The translations under genes and the position numbers were made by a program. 64,000 nucleotides of DNA from Obrimoposthia wandeli (Eukaryota), in contig CDROCS010001209.1 of assembly GCA_977020255.1 (NCBI GenBank), positions 1 to 64,000 of the forward strand. Reading direction: 5' to 3'. Positions 30,144 to 40,611 of this stretch are shown in pieces. The stretch's first letter is position 1, and each line of letters starts with the position of its first letter. The notes under the pieces were generated by a model that worked only from the letters and a program-made list of their open reading frames with translations, was not told the DNA's origin and did no database searches.

Positions 30144-30846
30144 TTCTGACGTAGAAGCTAACGAGAAGCCTGTATTGCCGACCTACCTTGTAGATGGTCC
30201 GAAATATGATGAAGAGGCAATAGCGACGTTTCTGTTTGCTCATGGTGCTGGTGCAGGTATGGATCATGAGTTTATGACGGCAATTGCTCAAGGTATTGCC
30301 GTACATAGCATTCGGGTAATTCGCTTTAACTTTCCTTACATGGTTAAACGTCAGGAAGATGGCAAAAAACGCCCACCTGATCGTCAACCTAAGCTGTTAC
30401 TCGATCTTCAGCACCATATTGATCAATTCGCTGATGGAAAATTAGTGATTGGCGGTAAATCGATGGGTGGACGAATGGCGAGCTTGATTGTGAGTGATGT
30501 TGCTAATGAGTCGCCAGATGTCGAAAACTGTACTGCGAAAGTGCAGGGTGTTGCGTGTTTAGGTTTTCCTTTTCACCCGCCGGGAAAGCCAGAAAACTTT
30601 CGAGGTGAGCATTTAAAGGTCGCCACCTTACCGACATTAATTCTGCAAGGTGAGCGTGATACGTTTGGTACGCGCCCAGAAGTAGAAGGATGGCAGTATG
30701 CTGATTCGGTTTCTGTGAAATTTTTACCTGATGGTGATCATAGTTTAAAACCGAGAAAAAAATCAGGTTATACCGAGCAGGAAAACCGTAAAAGCACGGT
30801 GAAATACTTGGTTGAGTTTATAACGGAGAGTGTGAGTGCATCCTAG
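30136..30846 (+). CDS. Alpha/beta hydrolase
   Basis: FAHGAGAG, GGKSMGGR nucleophile elbow, GERDTFG, DGDHS triad; the ATG overlaps the gcvA end. Confidence 0.85.
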   Translation: MPNSDVEANEKPVLPTYLVDGPKYDEEAIATFLFAHGAGAGMDHEFMTAIAQGIAVHSIRVIRFNFPYMVKRQEDGKKRPPDRQPKLLLDLQHHIDQFADGKLVIGGKSMGGRMASLIVSDVANESPDVENCTAKVQGVACLGFPFHPPGKPENFRGEHLKVATLPTLILQGERDTFGTRPEVEGWQYADSVSVKFLPDGDHSLKPRKKSGYTEQENRKSTVKYLVEFITESVSAS

Positions 30847-31210
30847 AAATATCTTATTTTTCGCAGCCTTAAGTGGTGTGGTGATGGTGGCTCTTGGGGC
30901 ATTTGCCGCGCACGGATTGAAATCGCAATTGCCGCCATATTTACTCGATGTATTTAATACTGGCGTACAATATCAAGCTTGGCATACGCTTGCCTTGCTC
31001 GGATGTGGGTTATGGGCACGCATTATGCCGTCAAAAGCGGTATTATACGCAGCCCTGTTTTTTGCAGCAGGAATTTTACTCTTTAGTGGCAGCTTATATG
31101 CGCTGGCATTAACAGGGATAAAATGGTTTGGCCCCATCACTCCGCTGGGGGGCATTTGTTTTATTATTGGTTGGGCAGCGCTTGCAATGGCTGCCTGGCG
31201 CTCAGCTTGA
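30836..31210 (+). CDS. ygdD: DUF423 membrane protein
   Basis: LGAFAAHGL, TGVQYQAWH, LFSGSLY, GPITPLGG. Confidence 0.9.
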   Translation: MHPRNILFFAALSGVVMVALGAFAAHGLKSQLPPYLLDVFNTGVQYQAWHTLALLGCGLWARIMPSKAVLYAALFFAAGILLFSGSLYALALTGIKWFGPITPLGGICFIIGWAALAMAAWRSA

Positions 31211-31219
31211 GGATTCAAA

Positions 31220-32302
31220 GTGAATCACGTTATATTGTATTGTCGTCCAGGCTTTGAAAAAGAATGTGCCGGTGAAGTTCAAGACAAAGCGAACAAACTG
31301 GAGTTATTTGGTTTTCCTCGGACGAAAAACAATACCGGTTATGTGGTATTTGAATTTCATCAGCAGGGTGATGCCGATAAATTCATTAAATTACAGCCTT
31401 TTTCTTCATTAATTTTTGCTCGTCAAATGTTCGCAGCAACGAAACTGCTAACAGACTTACCGCAAGAAGATCGTATTTCACCGATCCTTGAAGCTGTAAA
31501 AGGTTTCCCACGTTGTGGTGAGCTGCGTATTGAAACACCTGACACAAATGAAGCGAAAGAGTTATTAAAATTCTGCCGTAAGTTTACCGTGCCTCTTCGC
31601 CAAGCAATGCGTAAGAAAGATATGTTGTACGCACAAGATAGTACGTGGAAGCCAGTGCTTCACGTTTGCTTTATCGCACCGGGTTGTTGTTTTGTGGGTT
31701 ATTCTTATACAAATAATAATTCTCAGTTTTTCATGGGTATTCCTCGTTTGAAATTCCCATCTGATGCGCCAAGCCGTTCAACCCTAAAACTGGAAGAAGC
31801 TTTCCATGTATTTATTCCTCGTGATGAGTGGGATGTACGCTTAGCACCGGGTATGTGGGGCGTTGATCTGGGTGCTTGCCCAGGTGGTTGGACGTATCAG
31901 CTAGTTAAACGTTCTATGTTCGTGCACGCGATTGATAATGGCCAAATGGCGCAAAGCTTGATGGATACGGGTCAAGTTAAATACCATGCTGTAGATGGTT
32001 TTAAGTTTGAACCTGCGCGTAAAAACGTAACATGGATCGTATGTGACATGATCGAAAAGCCTGCACGTGTTGCTCACCTAATGGGTGAATGGCTGGTTAA
32101 AGCATGGGCAAAAGAAGCTATCTTCAATCTTAAACTACCAATGAAAGGTCGTTATGATGAAGTGCTTCAAGATATTGAAAATCTAAAGAAATACTTCATT
32201 AAAAATGGAATGAAGTTCGAGCTACAGGCGAAACATCTTTATCATGATCGTGAAGAAATTACGGTACATGTACGCTGCCTAGATAATCGTTCTCCGCACT
32301 AG
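31220..32302 (+). CDS. rlmM: 23S rRNA C2498 2'-O-methyltransferase
   Basis: [41 protein letters not shown]. Confidence 0.96.
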   Translation: MNHVILYCRPGFEKECAGEVQDKANKLELFGFPRTKNNTGYVVFEFHQQGDADKFIKLQPFSSLIFARQMFAATKLLTDLPQEDRISPILEAVKGFPRCGELRIETPDTNEAKELLKFCRKFTVPLRQAMRKKDMLYAQDSTWKPVLHVCFIAPGCCFVGYSYTNNNSQFFMGIPRLKFPSDAPSRSTLKLEEAFHVFIPRDEWDVRLAPGMWGVDLGACPGGWTYQLVKRSMFVHAIDNGQMAQSLMDTGQVKYHAVDGFKFEPARKNVTWIVCDMIEKPARVAHLMGEWLVKAWAKEAIFNLKLPMKGRYDEVLQDIENLKKYFIKNGMKFELQAKHLYHDREEITVHVRCLDNRSPH

Positions 32303-32354
32303 TCACAGGGCGTTATCCTCGATAATGCGTCGTGGAATGTAGCCGTAAACACAT

Positions 32355-32386
32355 AAAAAACGCCATCGTATTGATGGCGTTTTTTT
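32355..32386. terminator. Bidirectional terminator
   Basis: AAAAAACGCCATC-GTATT-GATGGCGTTTTTTT. Confidence 0.85.
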
Positions 32387-32417
32387 GTATGTAAAGAACA
32401 CGAATGAATGTCTTATT

Positions 32418-32438
32418 GCTAGGTGCTAGGTGCTAGGT
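32418..32438. repeat. Heptamer microsatellite (GCTAGGT)x3 across the xni stop codon
   Basis: GCTAGGTGCTAGGTGCTAGGT read directly. Confidence 0.85.
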
Positions 32439-33195
32439 AGCGAATATCTTGTAAGTTAAAGCCGAGCGTTAGGTCGGTTTTTAATGACGCGACTTTTTTA
32501 CTCGCTTCTGCCGTTCCTCGGTGTTCGATTATTTTCTTTTGCCATTTAGTGGGTAAATCTTCAGCCTGCAAAATAGTATCAAGATCTGGATATAACGATA
32601 AAAGTTCCAGCGCAGCTTTAGGCCCAATGCCCGGTATGCCCGGTATTTTACTCGAACTAATTCCTGCTAAGCCCCAGTAATCTGGCAATTGTTCAGGTTT
32701 CACTCCGTATTCTTTTTCAACGAAGGGGCTGTCTAACCAACGCTGCTGGAAATAATCACGCACTCTTAGGGTTGGGCTAAGTAGCTGACAATACCCTTTG
32801 TCGGTTGAGATAATAGTGACCTGTTGATGACGAGAGGCAACTTTAAGCGCCAGCGTTGCGACTAAATCGTCGGCTTCATCACCATCAGATAATAAAGAGT
32901 CGATGCCGAGATCCATAAAGGCATCTTGAATTATTTCCATGCCAGCCTGAAGTTCTGGCGGCATCGGTTTACGGCCTTCTTTATAGTGAGGCAGTAACTC
33001 TGCTCGCCACCCTCGATCATCGCCATGATGATCAAAAACAGCCACAATATGTGACGGTTCGCTGAACTTAATGATCTTACTTAATGCCTGACAACAAACA
33101 CGTGCGGTATTTTTTACGTCTGGTTCACCAGGCTGAGCAGCATGAACACGACGAATAAGATTTAAGGCATCAATAACAACAAGATGGATAGTCAT
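32419..33195 (-). CDS. xni: Flap endonuclease Xni (ExoIX)
   Basis: HLVVIDALNLIRR, YKEGRKPMP, EADDLVATLA, STDKGYCQL, GIPGIGPK H3TH motif. Confidence 0.93.
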   Translation of the reverse strand: MTIHLVVIDALNLIRRVHAAQPGEPDVKNTARVCCQALSKIIKFSEPSHIVAVFDHHGDDRGWRAELLPHYKEGRKPMPPELQAGMEIIQDAFMDLGIDSLLSDGDEADDLVATLALKVASRHQQVTIISTDKGYCQLLSPTLRVRDYFQQRWLDSPFVEKEYGVKPEQLPDYWGLAGISSSKIPGIPGIGPKAALELLSLYPDLDTILQAEDLPTKWQKKIIEHRGTAEASKKVASLKTDLTLGFNLQDIRYLAPST

Positions 33196-33279
33196 AGCAA
33201 CAGTTCTATTGGAGTGAAAAAAGGGCCGTTCAGCCCTTATTGTACGCATAGCTATGTGAGAGTGTCACCCTTACTGTGA

Positions 33280-34653
33280 TTATTTGACGTTTTCTTGTGC
33301 CGTCATGATTTCATAGCAGGGCTCATATTGAGTGCCTGGCAATTTCATACGCTGTTGTTCGACGAAATTTTTCAGGAGTTTATCCATACGTTTCATCAAC
33401 GCTAGATCGCCATTTATTTTAAAACGACCGTTGCGTTCTATTTCCTGTATGCCCTCTTCTTTTACGTTACCCGCGACAATGCCAGAGAATGCTCGGCGCA
33501 AGTTAGCAGCAAGGTTTTCTGGGCGTTGATCTAGGTGTAAATCTAAGCTGGCCATTGATTCATGCGTAGGTTCGAAAGGAAGTTGAAACTCTGGTGGGAT
33601 CTTCAACGACCAATTAAAGCTGTATGAATCACCGGTGGCTAACCGATGCTCTTTAATTAAAGGCATTGCTGACTTCATTACTTGAGCGACTTTTTTGGGG
33701 TCATCAATGATAATTTGATAGTACTGAGTCGCTGGTTCGCCAAGGGTATCTTTTATAAAGGAATCAAGCGTACGGAAGTACGCTTCACTTTCTTTAGGCC
33801 CCGTTAAGACTAACGGCAAAGGCTGTGCCGCATTATCTGGGTGCATCAAAATACCTAAAATGTACAGCAACTCTTCAGCGGTACCCGCTCCACCTGGGAA
33901 AATAATAATACCGTGACCTACGCGAATAAACCCTTCTAGGCGCTTTTCAATATCAGGGAAAATAACCAATTCATTTACAATAGGGTTAGGTGGCTCAGCA
34001 GCAATAATAGATGGTTCGGTGAGACCAAGGAAACGACTTTGATTGTAACGCTGCTTTGCATGACCGATAGCTGCGCCTTTCATTGGCCCTTCCATGGCAC
34101 CCGGGCCGCACCCTGTACAAATATTCAACTCTCGTAAACCCAACTCATGACCCACTTCGCGCGTATATTGATACTCGACTGGGTTAATTGAGTGTCCTCC
34201 CCAACATACAACAATGTTTGGGTCTTCACCTGAGCGGAGTGTTTGGGCATTACGCAGAATACTGAAGATAAAGTTAGTAATATGGGTAGCGCTGGTTAAG
34301 TTAAGGTCGTTACGTTGCTGTACATGCATGCTCACGTACACAATGTCACGCAGTACTGAAAACATATGCTCTTGAATACCACGGATGATCCGACCATCAA
34401 CAAAGGCATGCTCTGGTGGGTTGATCAGTTCTAATTTTATGCCTCGTTCACGGCGCATTACGTGTACATCGAAGCTTTTGTTTTTTTCTAATAATTCTTT
34501 GGAGTTATCCGTGTGACTACCTGAATTTAAAACCGCTAAAGAACAGTTTCGATATAAACGGTATAAGTCGCTTGATGCGGTCGCTTTAAGGCGATCAACT
34601 TCCAATTGTGAAAGTAGCTCCATAGAACCGACTGGACTGATATGTGTAATCAT
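33280..34653 (-). CDS. ppnN: Nucleotide 5'-monophosphate nucleosidase
   Basis: [45 protein letters not shown] (YgdH/LOG family). Confidence 0.95.
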   Translation of the reverse strand: MITHISPVGSMELLSQLEVDRLKATASSDLYRLYRNCSLAVLNSGSHTDNSKELLEKNKSFDVHVMRRERGIKLELINPPEHAFVDGRIIRGIQEHMFSVLRDIVYVSMHVQQRNDLNLTSATHITNFIFSILRNAQTLRSGEDPNIVVCWGGHSINPVEYQYTREVGHELGLRELNICTGCGPGAMEGPMKGAAIGHAKQRYNQSRFLGLTEPSIIAAEPPNPIVNELVIFPDIEKRLEGFIRVGHGIIIFPGGAGTAEELLYILGILMHPDNAAQPLPLVLTGPKESEAYFRTLDSFIKDTLGEPATQYYQIIIDDPKKVAQVMKSAMPLIKEHRLATGDSYSFNWSLKIPPEFQLPFEPTHESMASLDLHLDQRPENLAANLRRAFSGIVAGNVKEEGIQEIERNGRFKINGDLALMKRMDKLLKNFVEQQRMKLPGTQYEPCYEIMTAQENVK

Positions 34654-34955
34654 AGTGACCTCCCTGGTTACGATGAAACGGTATAGTTCGCAAGCATTGT
34701 GGTATTTATTGATTGTATCCAAGCATAAATACGTTGGCGGACATATCCGTAATTGAAAAACTTGAGGAGTTATTCGTATTGGTATGGATTAGATTAATTA
34801 TTTATCCGTACATTTAACAGTAGCAGACTCTTTAAAATCAGCTTGTTATTTCACCATACACAGTGAAATATCGTTTGACCAGATATGAATAAGGAAGTTG
34901 AGGCTGCCGTCGATAATGAATTGATAGCAATAATGATAGAGAAAGCTGAAGAGTA

Positions 34956-36515
34956 TTAATAAATCCAGATAAAACGGTTACGGCCACTATTCTTGGCATT
35001 ATCGAGAGCTTTACTGGTGCGTTCGGTAATATCGGCTGGGGTATCGTTACCTTCGAATAATGTGGCGCCAATAGAAATCGTTATACTGACATTTTGTTCT
35101 TTAAATCTAAACGGTAATTGCGCGACGGTTTCTCGGATTTTATTTAAGCTTTTAGTGCGATTCTCTTCATTAATATCAGGCATGATAATCATGAATTCAT
35201 CACTTTTAAAGCGGGCAATAAAATCGGTTTCTTCAAGGCATTGGTGAATGGTTCTGGCAATGATTTTTAATGCCTTATCACCAGCAACATGACCATAGCT
35301 ATCATTAATTTCTTTAAAATTATCGATATCAATTAATGCGACACACAGTGGGTGTTGATAACGCAACCAGCGTCGATATTCATGTTCAAGGCGATCATTC
35401 AATGCTGCACAGTTATACACCTTCGTTAAATGATCGAGGAACATCTTACGTTCTTTATCATTTAAGCGCTGACGGTAGTCTTGAGTTTGTTCAAAGAGTG
35501 TCGTGATTTTATTTTCGTTGTAACTTAGTTGCTCAATAAGGTTTTTTTCGCGTTTTTCGAGAGCGTAATTACGATCTGCTAGAACCTGCAGTTCTTTCGT
35601 TAACTCAGTGATTTTTGGACGCCATGTTTCGAGGTTTTTATGCTCGCTTAACCCTTGCTTGACCGTAGTAATAATGGTCGATAATTCATTATTTAGTCCA
35701 CTACGGTGTTCATATAGTGCCGATGATTGGCCTACATACTGATTCGTTGTTTTTTGTAGTGTAGCTAAATCGCCATTGACCCCATCAAGGAAGTTTTGGG
35801 AAGAACGACGTTCTTGATGCGTAGAATCTAACACTAAACGAATCACTTCGAGTGCCAATTCCAGTAAAGCTTTCGGAGGAACGCCAATTAAAAGACGGTT
35901 ACGTATTGTCAGGAGCTTATCGCCTGATTCACCATCAAAATCGAGTTCAGAGATAAGGTGTTGCAGTTCATTGGTCAATTGATGCTGTATGTCATGATCT
36001 AGCATATCTTTAAGCACCACATTTTCAGTGGATACTGAAAGCAACTTTAGCGATCTCTCATAGAGTTCAACTAACGCAATAATACGTTGATGGCTGTGGG
36101 TGAGTGATGTCGATGTATTATTCAGTAAATTACGCAGGTCACGTTTAAGCTGTGCAGGTAAACCACGAACACGTTTGAGTGTTTCGCCGCTTTGATGTAT
36201 TTGATTTTCTATTCGTAGGTTTTCTTTTTCGGTAATGCCTGCTTGTCGAGTTACCAGTCTTTCTATGATCGCGAGGCGGGGAATAAGCTTGCTGATATCT
36301 TTGGGTTGCTCAAGCTCATAGCGTAGCTCTGTAAGTTTATTATCTAGCTCTTCATCTAATCCTCTGCATGCGACTGATAGGCGAGTAATTAGACGTTTTA
36401 ATATTACAATCTCTCGCCGAGACTTCAGTGAAGCATCGCGGTAAGAGAGTTGAGCATGATCTAAACGTTGTTTCAATTTACTCACTTCAGAAACAACAGC
36501 GCTAATATCACTCAC
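34956..36515 (-). CDS. Coiled-coil plus GGDEF-domain protein with a degenerate motif (CdgG-like by synteny)
   Basis: DHLTKVYN, DIDNFKEINDSYGHVAGD, then RFKSDEF in place of RxGGDEF. Confidence 0.88.
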   Translation of the reverse strand: MSDISAVVSEVSKLKQRLDHAQLSYRDASLKSRREIVILKRLITRLSVACRGLDEELDNKLTELRYELEQPKDISKLIPRLAIIERLVTRQAGITEKENLRIENQIHQSGETLKRVRGLPAQLKRDLRNLLNNTSTSLTHSHQRIIALVELYERSLKLLSVSTENVVLKDMLDHDIQHQLTNELQHLISELDFDGESGDKLLTIRNRLLIGVPPKALLELALEVIRLVLDSTHQERRSSQNFLDGVNGDLATLQKTTNQYVGQSSALYEHRSGLNNELSTIITTVKQGLSEHKNLETWRPKITELTKELQVLADRNYALEKREKNLIEQLSYNENKITTLFEQTQDYRQRLNDKERKMFLDHLTKVYNCAALNDRLEHEYRRWLRYQHPLCVALIDIDNFKEINDSYGHVAGDKALKIIARTIHQCLEETDFIARFKSDEFMIIMPDINEENRTKSLNKIRETVAQLPFRFKEQNVSITISIGATLFEGNDTPADITERTSKALDNAKNSGRNRFIWIY

Positions 36516-36653
36516 GCTGTATATTGCTTACCTAAGCTCATATGATTAACCTTTTTCTTATCATAGGGTTACTAAAAATACATTTTTGCCATACTAGCAA
36601 AAAAAATCTATTCATTTAAGAATATCGGCACATAAGTTGATAACTGATATCGA

Positions 36654-38933
36654 TTAAATGATATTTTTATCAAAATCGTGATCAGGATTCCAGTTGAATT
36701 CAATTGATGAAGAGCTTTGTACTTTCACTAAACCGTTATCAATACCCTGTATACAGGCTTTTCGAATATTATCGCATGCGAAACTGGCAGCTGGAGCAGC
36801 ATCAATAGCGCTTAAGTGTACCCATTGGCTACCTGGTTCTTTTTTGTTATTTAGGCGAGCAGCATTGGTCGCCATAAGTAGAATATCAATCAGTTCTTGG
36901 TCGTTAATGGCTGTGTATGCACGTGGTAGGAAGGGGTACTCCGCCATGCCAATACATACAGTGGCATCTAATTGGTGCTCTTTTAGGAAACTACTCACTA
37001 ATTGTTGAATCGAGTCAGCCAGTTGTTTCGGTTCGCCGTTAAGGCGAGAGTTAGGCTCAATGTATAAAAACATCGCATCGGAAAAATGATAAAGCCGAGC
37101 GGGTTTACAGACTTGTTCTTTTAAGTATACACCGAATTGACGCTCAATTTCTAAGCCTTGCTGATAACCTTGCTGTAAATAAATATGTTTGAGAAAAGTC
37201 GCTTCAAACAAACCAAAGCGTAGTCGATCACTTAATGGTTCATTGATAATTTCACCTAAATGCCATTGCTCGAAGTTGGCACTACTTTGTTGTAAAGAAT
37301 TGGATAGGCGAGCATTCAGCATGCGTAAGTTACGTAAACCGCTACGTGGGTGGGTGTAGGATTCGGTACGTAAGCGAGAAAGACGACTTTGCAGTTGTTT
37401 TGCAACACTATGGCGACGCACTAAAAATATGATGAGAAGAACAATAACACTGATTAGAAACAGACTGACTTTTTTCTGTTTATAGATTGATTTTTCATTT
37501 TCAAATTGTTGGCGTTCCATTTCTTCTAAGCGAAGGGATCGTTCAAGCATACGTTGCTGTTGTTTAAATACCTCAACATTACTTTTTCTTTGTTTTTCTT
37601 GCTGGCTCGCAAAGAGTTGTTCGTAGCGACGTTGACTTAAAAGGGCATTGTAGTAATCATTTTGCTTTTCAAATGCTTCAGACAAAATGGCTTCACCCAT
37701 TAACTGCAGTTTTATTTGTCCGGTACGGCTTGATGCGATCAACCCCGCTTGCAGCGTCGTAATCGACTTTTCTATATGCCCCTCGGCTAATTCAAGTTTG
37801 CCTTCTAATATCTGTGTTTCAGCAGAAATTACATCATTACCTGTTTGCTGTGCAAGAAGGCGTGCTTGTTGTAAATACTGCTCAACCTTTGGGTAGTTGT
37901 AAAGGTGTAAGTAGACTCTCGCAATATTAAGGCGGAGCTGAGCTGATCGTGCATCGTGCTTTAATTCACTTTCTTGGTCGAGCGCATTAAAGTAATGCAC
38001 TAGCGCCAAGTTATAGCGATTTTGCTGTTCATAAATAGAGGCAATTAGTGTCAATGTTTTCGCTAAGGGCTGGCTACGTTGATAGCGTTCGTAAAATTCA
38101 CCCGCTTGAGTGGCATACTCGAGTGCTTTATCAAACACTTTTCGTTGTTCAAATAAATTAGCGAGCATGTAATTTGCCGACGCGATTTGGGCGTTGTCTT
38201 CATTTTCAACGGCTAGCCAGTAACCACTTAAAAGACGATCTAAGGCTAAATCATAATGACTATGGCGCAGGTAGTGCCGCCCTAAAGTGAGTTGATATGT
38301 GATTTGTTCTGATGGTACATCAATACTGATAAGTAATTGTTTGGCTTTTATAAACAGTTTTTCTGCTTGAATATCATTGTTCAATTTTGACTCAATGACA
38401 GCTCGCTGCATCAATGACCAATATTGTAAAAACTTAACTTGTTTAGTGAGCTTGAGTGATTGTGTCTGTTCAATTTCGACATCAATGTTGTCTAACATTT
38501 TTAATGCAGTTGCACTGTTTTTTAGGTTTTCCCAATAAAATTTAGCCCGTAAAAGACGCGTTTCAAAAATGGTATAAGTGAGCCCATTTTCAACGGCCAG
38601 TTTTTCCGCTAATTTTATCGTGCTTAATGCTTGTTCAGAGTCATTTAATAGTGAATACGCTTGTGCTTTTATTTGTAGGGCATTAATTGTATTTAATGGA
38701 GTACGAACGGTGTGATCGGTTTCGTCGTTAGAATGAACACGAGAGACGTCTTTGTTTTCAGTGAGGCGGCGTTGTTTAATGTAACGATCAGAAATTTCTA
38801 ATGATTTTTCTGGGCTAGTTTGTAATAGCTTGTTTGCATCATCCAAGATAGGGGTAGTATAGATTTTTGCATTTGCGCCAAAGGAAGCAATCAGGATAAC
38901 TATTACACTTATCAACCAGCGACGAAAACTCAT
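36654..38933 (-). CDS. Membrane TPR-repeat protein with a degenerate GGDEF-like cytoplasmic domain
   Basis: Signal/TM at the N-terminus, TPR-like helices (YNLALVHYFNAL), a TM (VSLFLISVIVLLIIFLV), then THPRSGLRN in place of DxLTGLxN. Confidence 0.8.
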   Translation of the reverse strand: MSFRRWLISVIVILIASFGANAKIYTTPILDDANKLLQTSPEKSLEISDRYIKQRRLTENKDVSRVHSNDETDHTVRTPLNTINALQIKAQAYSLLNDSEQALSTIKLAEKLAVENGLTYTIFETRLLRAKFYWENLKNSATALKMLDNIDVEIEQTQSLKLTKQVKFLQYWSLMQRAVIESKLNNDIQAEKLFIKAKQLLISIDVPSEQITYQLTLGRHYLRHSHYDLALDRLLSGYWLAVENEDNAQIASANYMLANLFEQRKVFDKALEYATQAGEFYERYQRSQPLAKTLTLIASIYEQQNRYNLALVHYFNALDQESELKHDARSAQLRLNIARVYLHLYNYPKVEQYLQQARLLAQQTGNDVISAETQILEGKLELAEGHIEKSITTLQAGLIASSRTGQIKLQLMGEAILSEAFEKQNDYYNALLSQRRYEQLFASQQEKQRKSNVEVFKQQQRMLERSLRLEEMERQQFENEKSIYKQKKVSLFLISVIVLLIIFLVRRHSVAKQLQSRLSRLRTESYTHPRSGLRNLRMLNARLSNSLQQSSANFEQWHLGEIINEPLSDRLRFGLFEATFLKHIYLQQGYQQGLEIERQFGVYLKEQVCKPARLYHFSDAMFLYIEPNSRLNGEPKQLADSIQQLVSSFLKEHQLDATVCIGMAEYPFLPRAYTAINDQELIDILLMATNAARLNNKKEPGSQWVHLSAIDAAPAASFACDNIRKACIQGIDNGLVKVQSSSSIEFNWNPDHDFDKNII

Positions 38934-39051
38934 ATCATTTCTTACAACCACAATAAACACAGTGGTCTAATATTACTGGCTTGGTGAATCAAGTCCAGCA
39001 AAGTAAACCTTTTTGCTGGACTTATTATTCAATATGTTGGAATTGTTAAGA

Positions 39052-39897
39052 TTACTGACGCGCTAAGCGGAAGTTATCACTCGGTGTTTTGCCTTGATTC
39101 GTACGATATGGGTTAATATCTAACCCGCCACGACGTGTATAGCGTGCATAAACCGTTAATAATTCTGGTTGGCAGAACTTCATGATATCAGTAAAGATAC
39201 GTTCTACGCATTGTTCATGGAATTCATTGTGGTTACGGAAAGACACTAAGTAACGTAGTAATTTCTCGCGGTTGATCTGCTTACCTTTGTAAGAAATTTT
39301 CACGCTGCCCCAATCTGGCTGATTGGTGATTAAACAGTTAGATTTCAGCAAATGGCTGTGAAGGTCTTCCGTCACAATCTCACCTTCTGCAGCATCTTTA
39401 AGGTATTGTGCATCAAACTCGTAATTGTTGATTTCAATATCTTGATCATCAATACAATGGCCAGCAAAGTTGATCACCGCTTGGTCAGTGAAATCTTCTA
39501 ATGGCTGAATCGTGACATCCACTTCTTGTCCCGCACAAGCTGTCAGGTCTTTCTGTAATGTATCGGCAATTTGCTGCCAGCTATCAAAACGCGTTTGGTT
39601 AAAGCTGTTGAGGTACAACTTAAACGATTTTGACTCAATTAGGTTAGGGCTAGAAGCGGGTAAACGGACTTCACCAATTGCAACCTGAGGTAACCCTTTA
39701 CTGTTTAGCCATGATAGCTCATAGAGTGTCCAGATATCATAGCCAGTAAATGGTAAGCTTTCGCCAAGGTTTAAGTCACTGCGGTTTAGACTTCGAGGTA
39801 CTGGCTGCAGTAAAGAGGCATCGTACTGATCGATATAATCGTTTTTTTGCCCCAGAGTTAAACCCGCTAATTCTTTAGCATCTTTATATTTGCTCAT
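39052..39897 (-). CDS. queF: NADPH-dependent 7-cyano-7-deazaguanine reductase
   Basis: [64 protein letters not shown]. Confidence 0.97.
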   Translation of the reverse strand: MSKYKDAKELAGLTLGQKNDYIDQYDASLLQPVPRSLNRSDLNLGESLPFTGYDIWTLYELSWLNSKGLPQVAIGEVRLPASSPNLIESKSFKLYLNSFNQTRFDSWQQIADTLQKDLTACAGQEVDVTIQPLEDFTDQAVINFAGHCIDDQDIEINNYEFDAQYLKDAAEGEIVTEDLHSHLLKSNCLITNQPDWGSVKISYKGKQINREKLLRYLVSFRNHNEFHEQCVERIFTDIMKFCQPELLTVYARYTRRGGLDINPYRTNQGKTPSDNFRLARQ

Positions 39898-40054
39898 ACT
39901 GTATTTGACACTCTTGGATTAGAATATGTGTGCGATTCTGCTTATGACCGCATAACGTTGTATTAACGTTAAGGCGAGGATAAGTTGAAGCGTCACTGAT
40001 TTTTTTTAAAAATACTATAGTGCAAAGTTTACTTAATCTTTAATGAGGTTGCGA

Positions 40055-40609
40055 ATGAATCATCCTGTTGCTGTCGCTTTATCTGACTTTTCTTCTCTTT
40101 TTTTACAAGCTTGGCGTGATGCAGGTCACGGTTTTCCACGTAGCGAAGATTTAGTTGGGCTTGAGTCACCATGTGTTGAACATGATTCTGGTGATGAAGT
40201 GACATGGAAGCCTATTACTCGTCAACCACAGGGGGATTTAGCTGGGGTTGAAAAGGGCATTGAAATTGATCTACATACAGATATTGTCGATTTTTATAGC
40301 ATCCAATTTAGTGGTGATATGTCAGCAAAATTTGGTGACCTTGAGTTAGACTTATTACAAGTGTTCAGCGAGCAAGATGGCATACGTTTACAAGAAAATA
40401 TTCTTGGACACCTTGTGACGCAACGTCGTTTGAAATTAAAGCCAACGGTTTTTATCGGTGTTATTGATAGTGCTGATAAAGTGATCGCAATATGTAATCT
40501 AACCGGTGAGGTCATACTTGAAACCTTGGGTAAAAATGAACGTGATGTGTTAGCAAAAAATGTGGCAAGTTTTTTACAGCAGTTAGTACCCGTAGTGCGT
40601 GAGGTTTAA
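40055..40609 (+). CDS. syd: SecY-interacting protein Syd
   Basis: SPCVE, WKP, LQENILGHLVTQRRLKLKPTVFIG; divergent from queF as in enterics. Confidence 0.93.
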   Translation: MNHPVAVALSDFSSLFLQAWRDAGHGFPRSEDLVGLESPCVEHDSGDEVTWKPITRQPQGDLAGVEKGIEIDLHTDIVDFYSIQFSGDMSAKFGDLELDLLQVFSEQDGIRLQENILGHLVTQRRLKLKPTVFIGVIDSADKVIAICNLTGEVILETLGKNERDVLAKNVASFLQQLVPVVREV

Positions 40610-40611
40610 AG

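Noticed and set aside
39898-40054. preQ1 riboswitch upstream of queF
   Set aside because: No AGAGGTTCTAG-type stem or A-rich pseudoknot tail on the minus strand.
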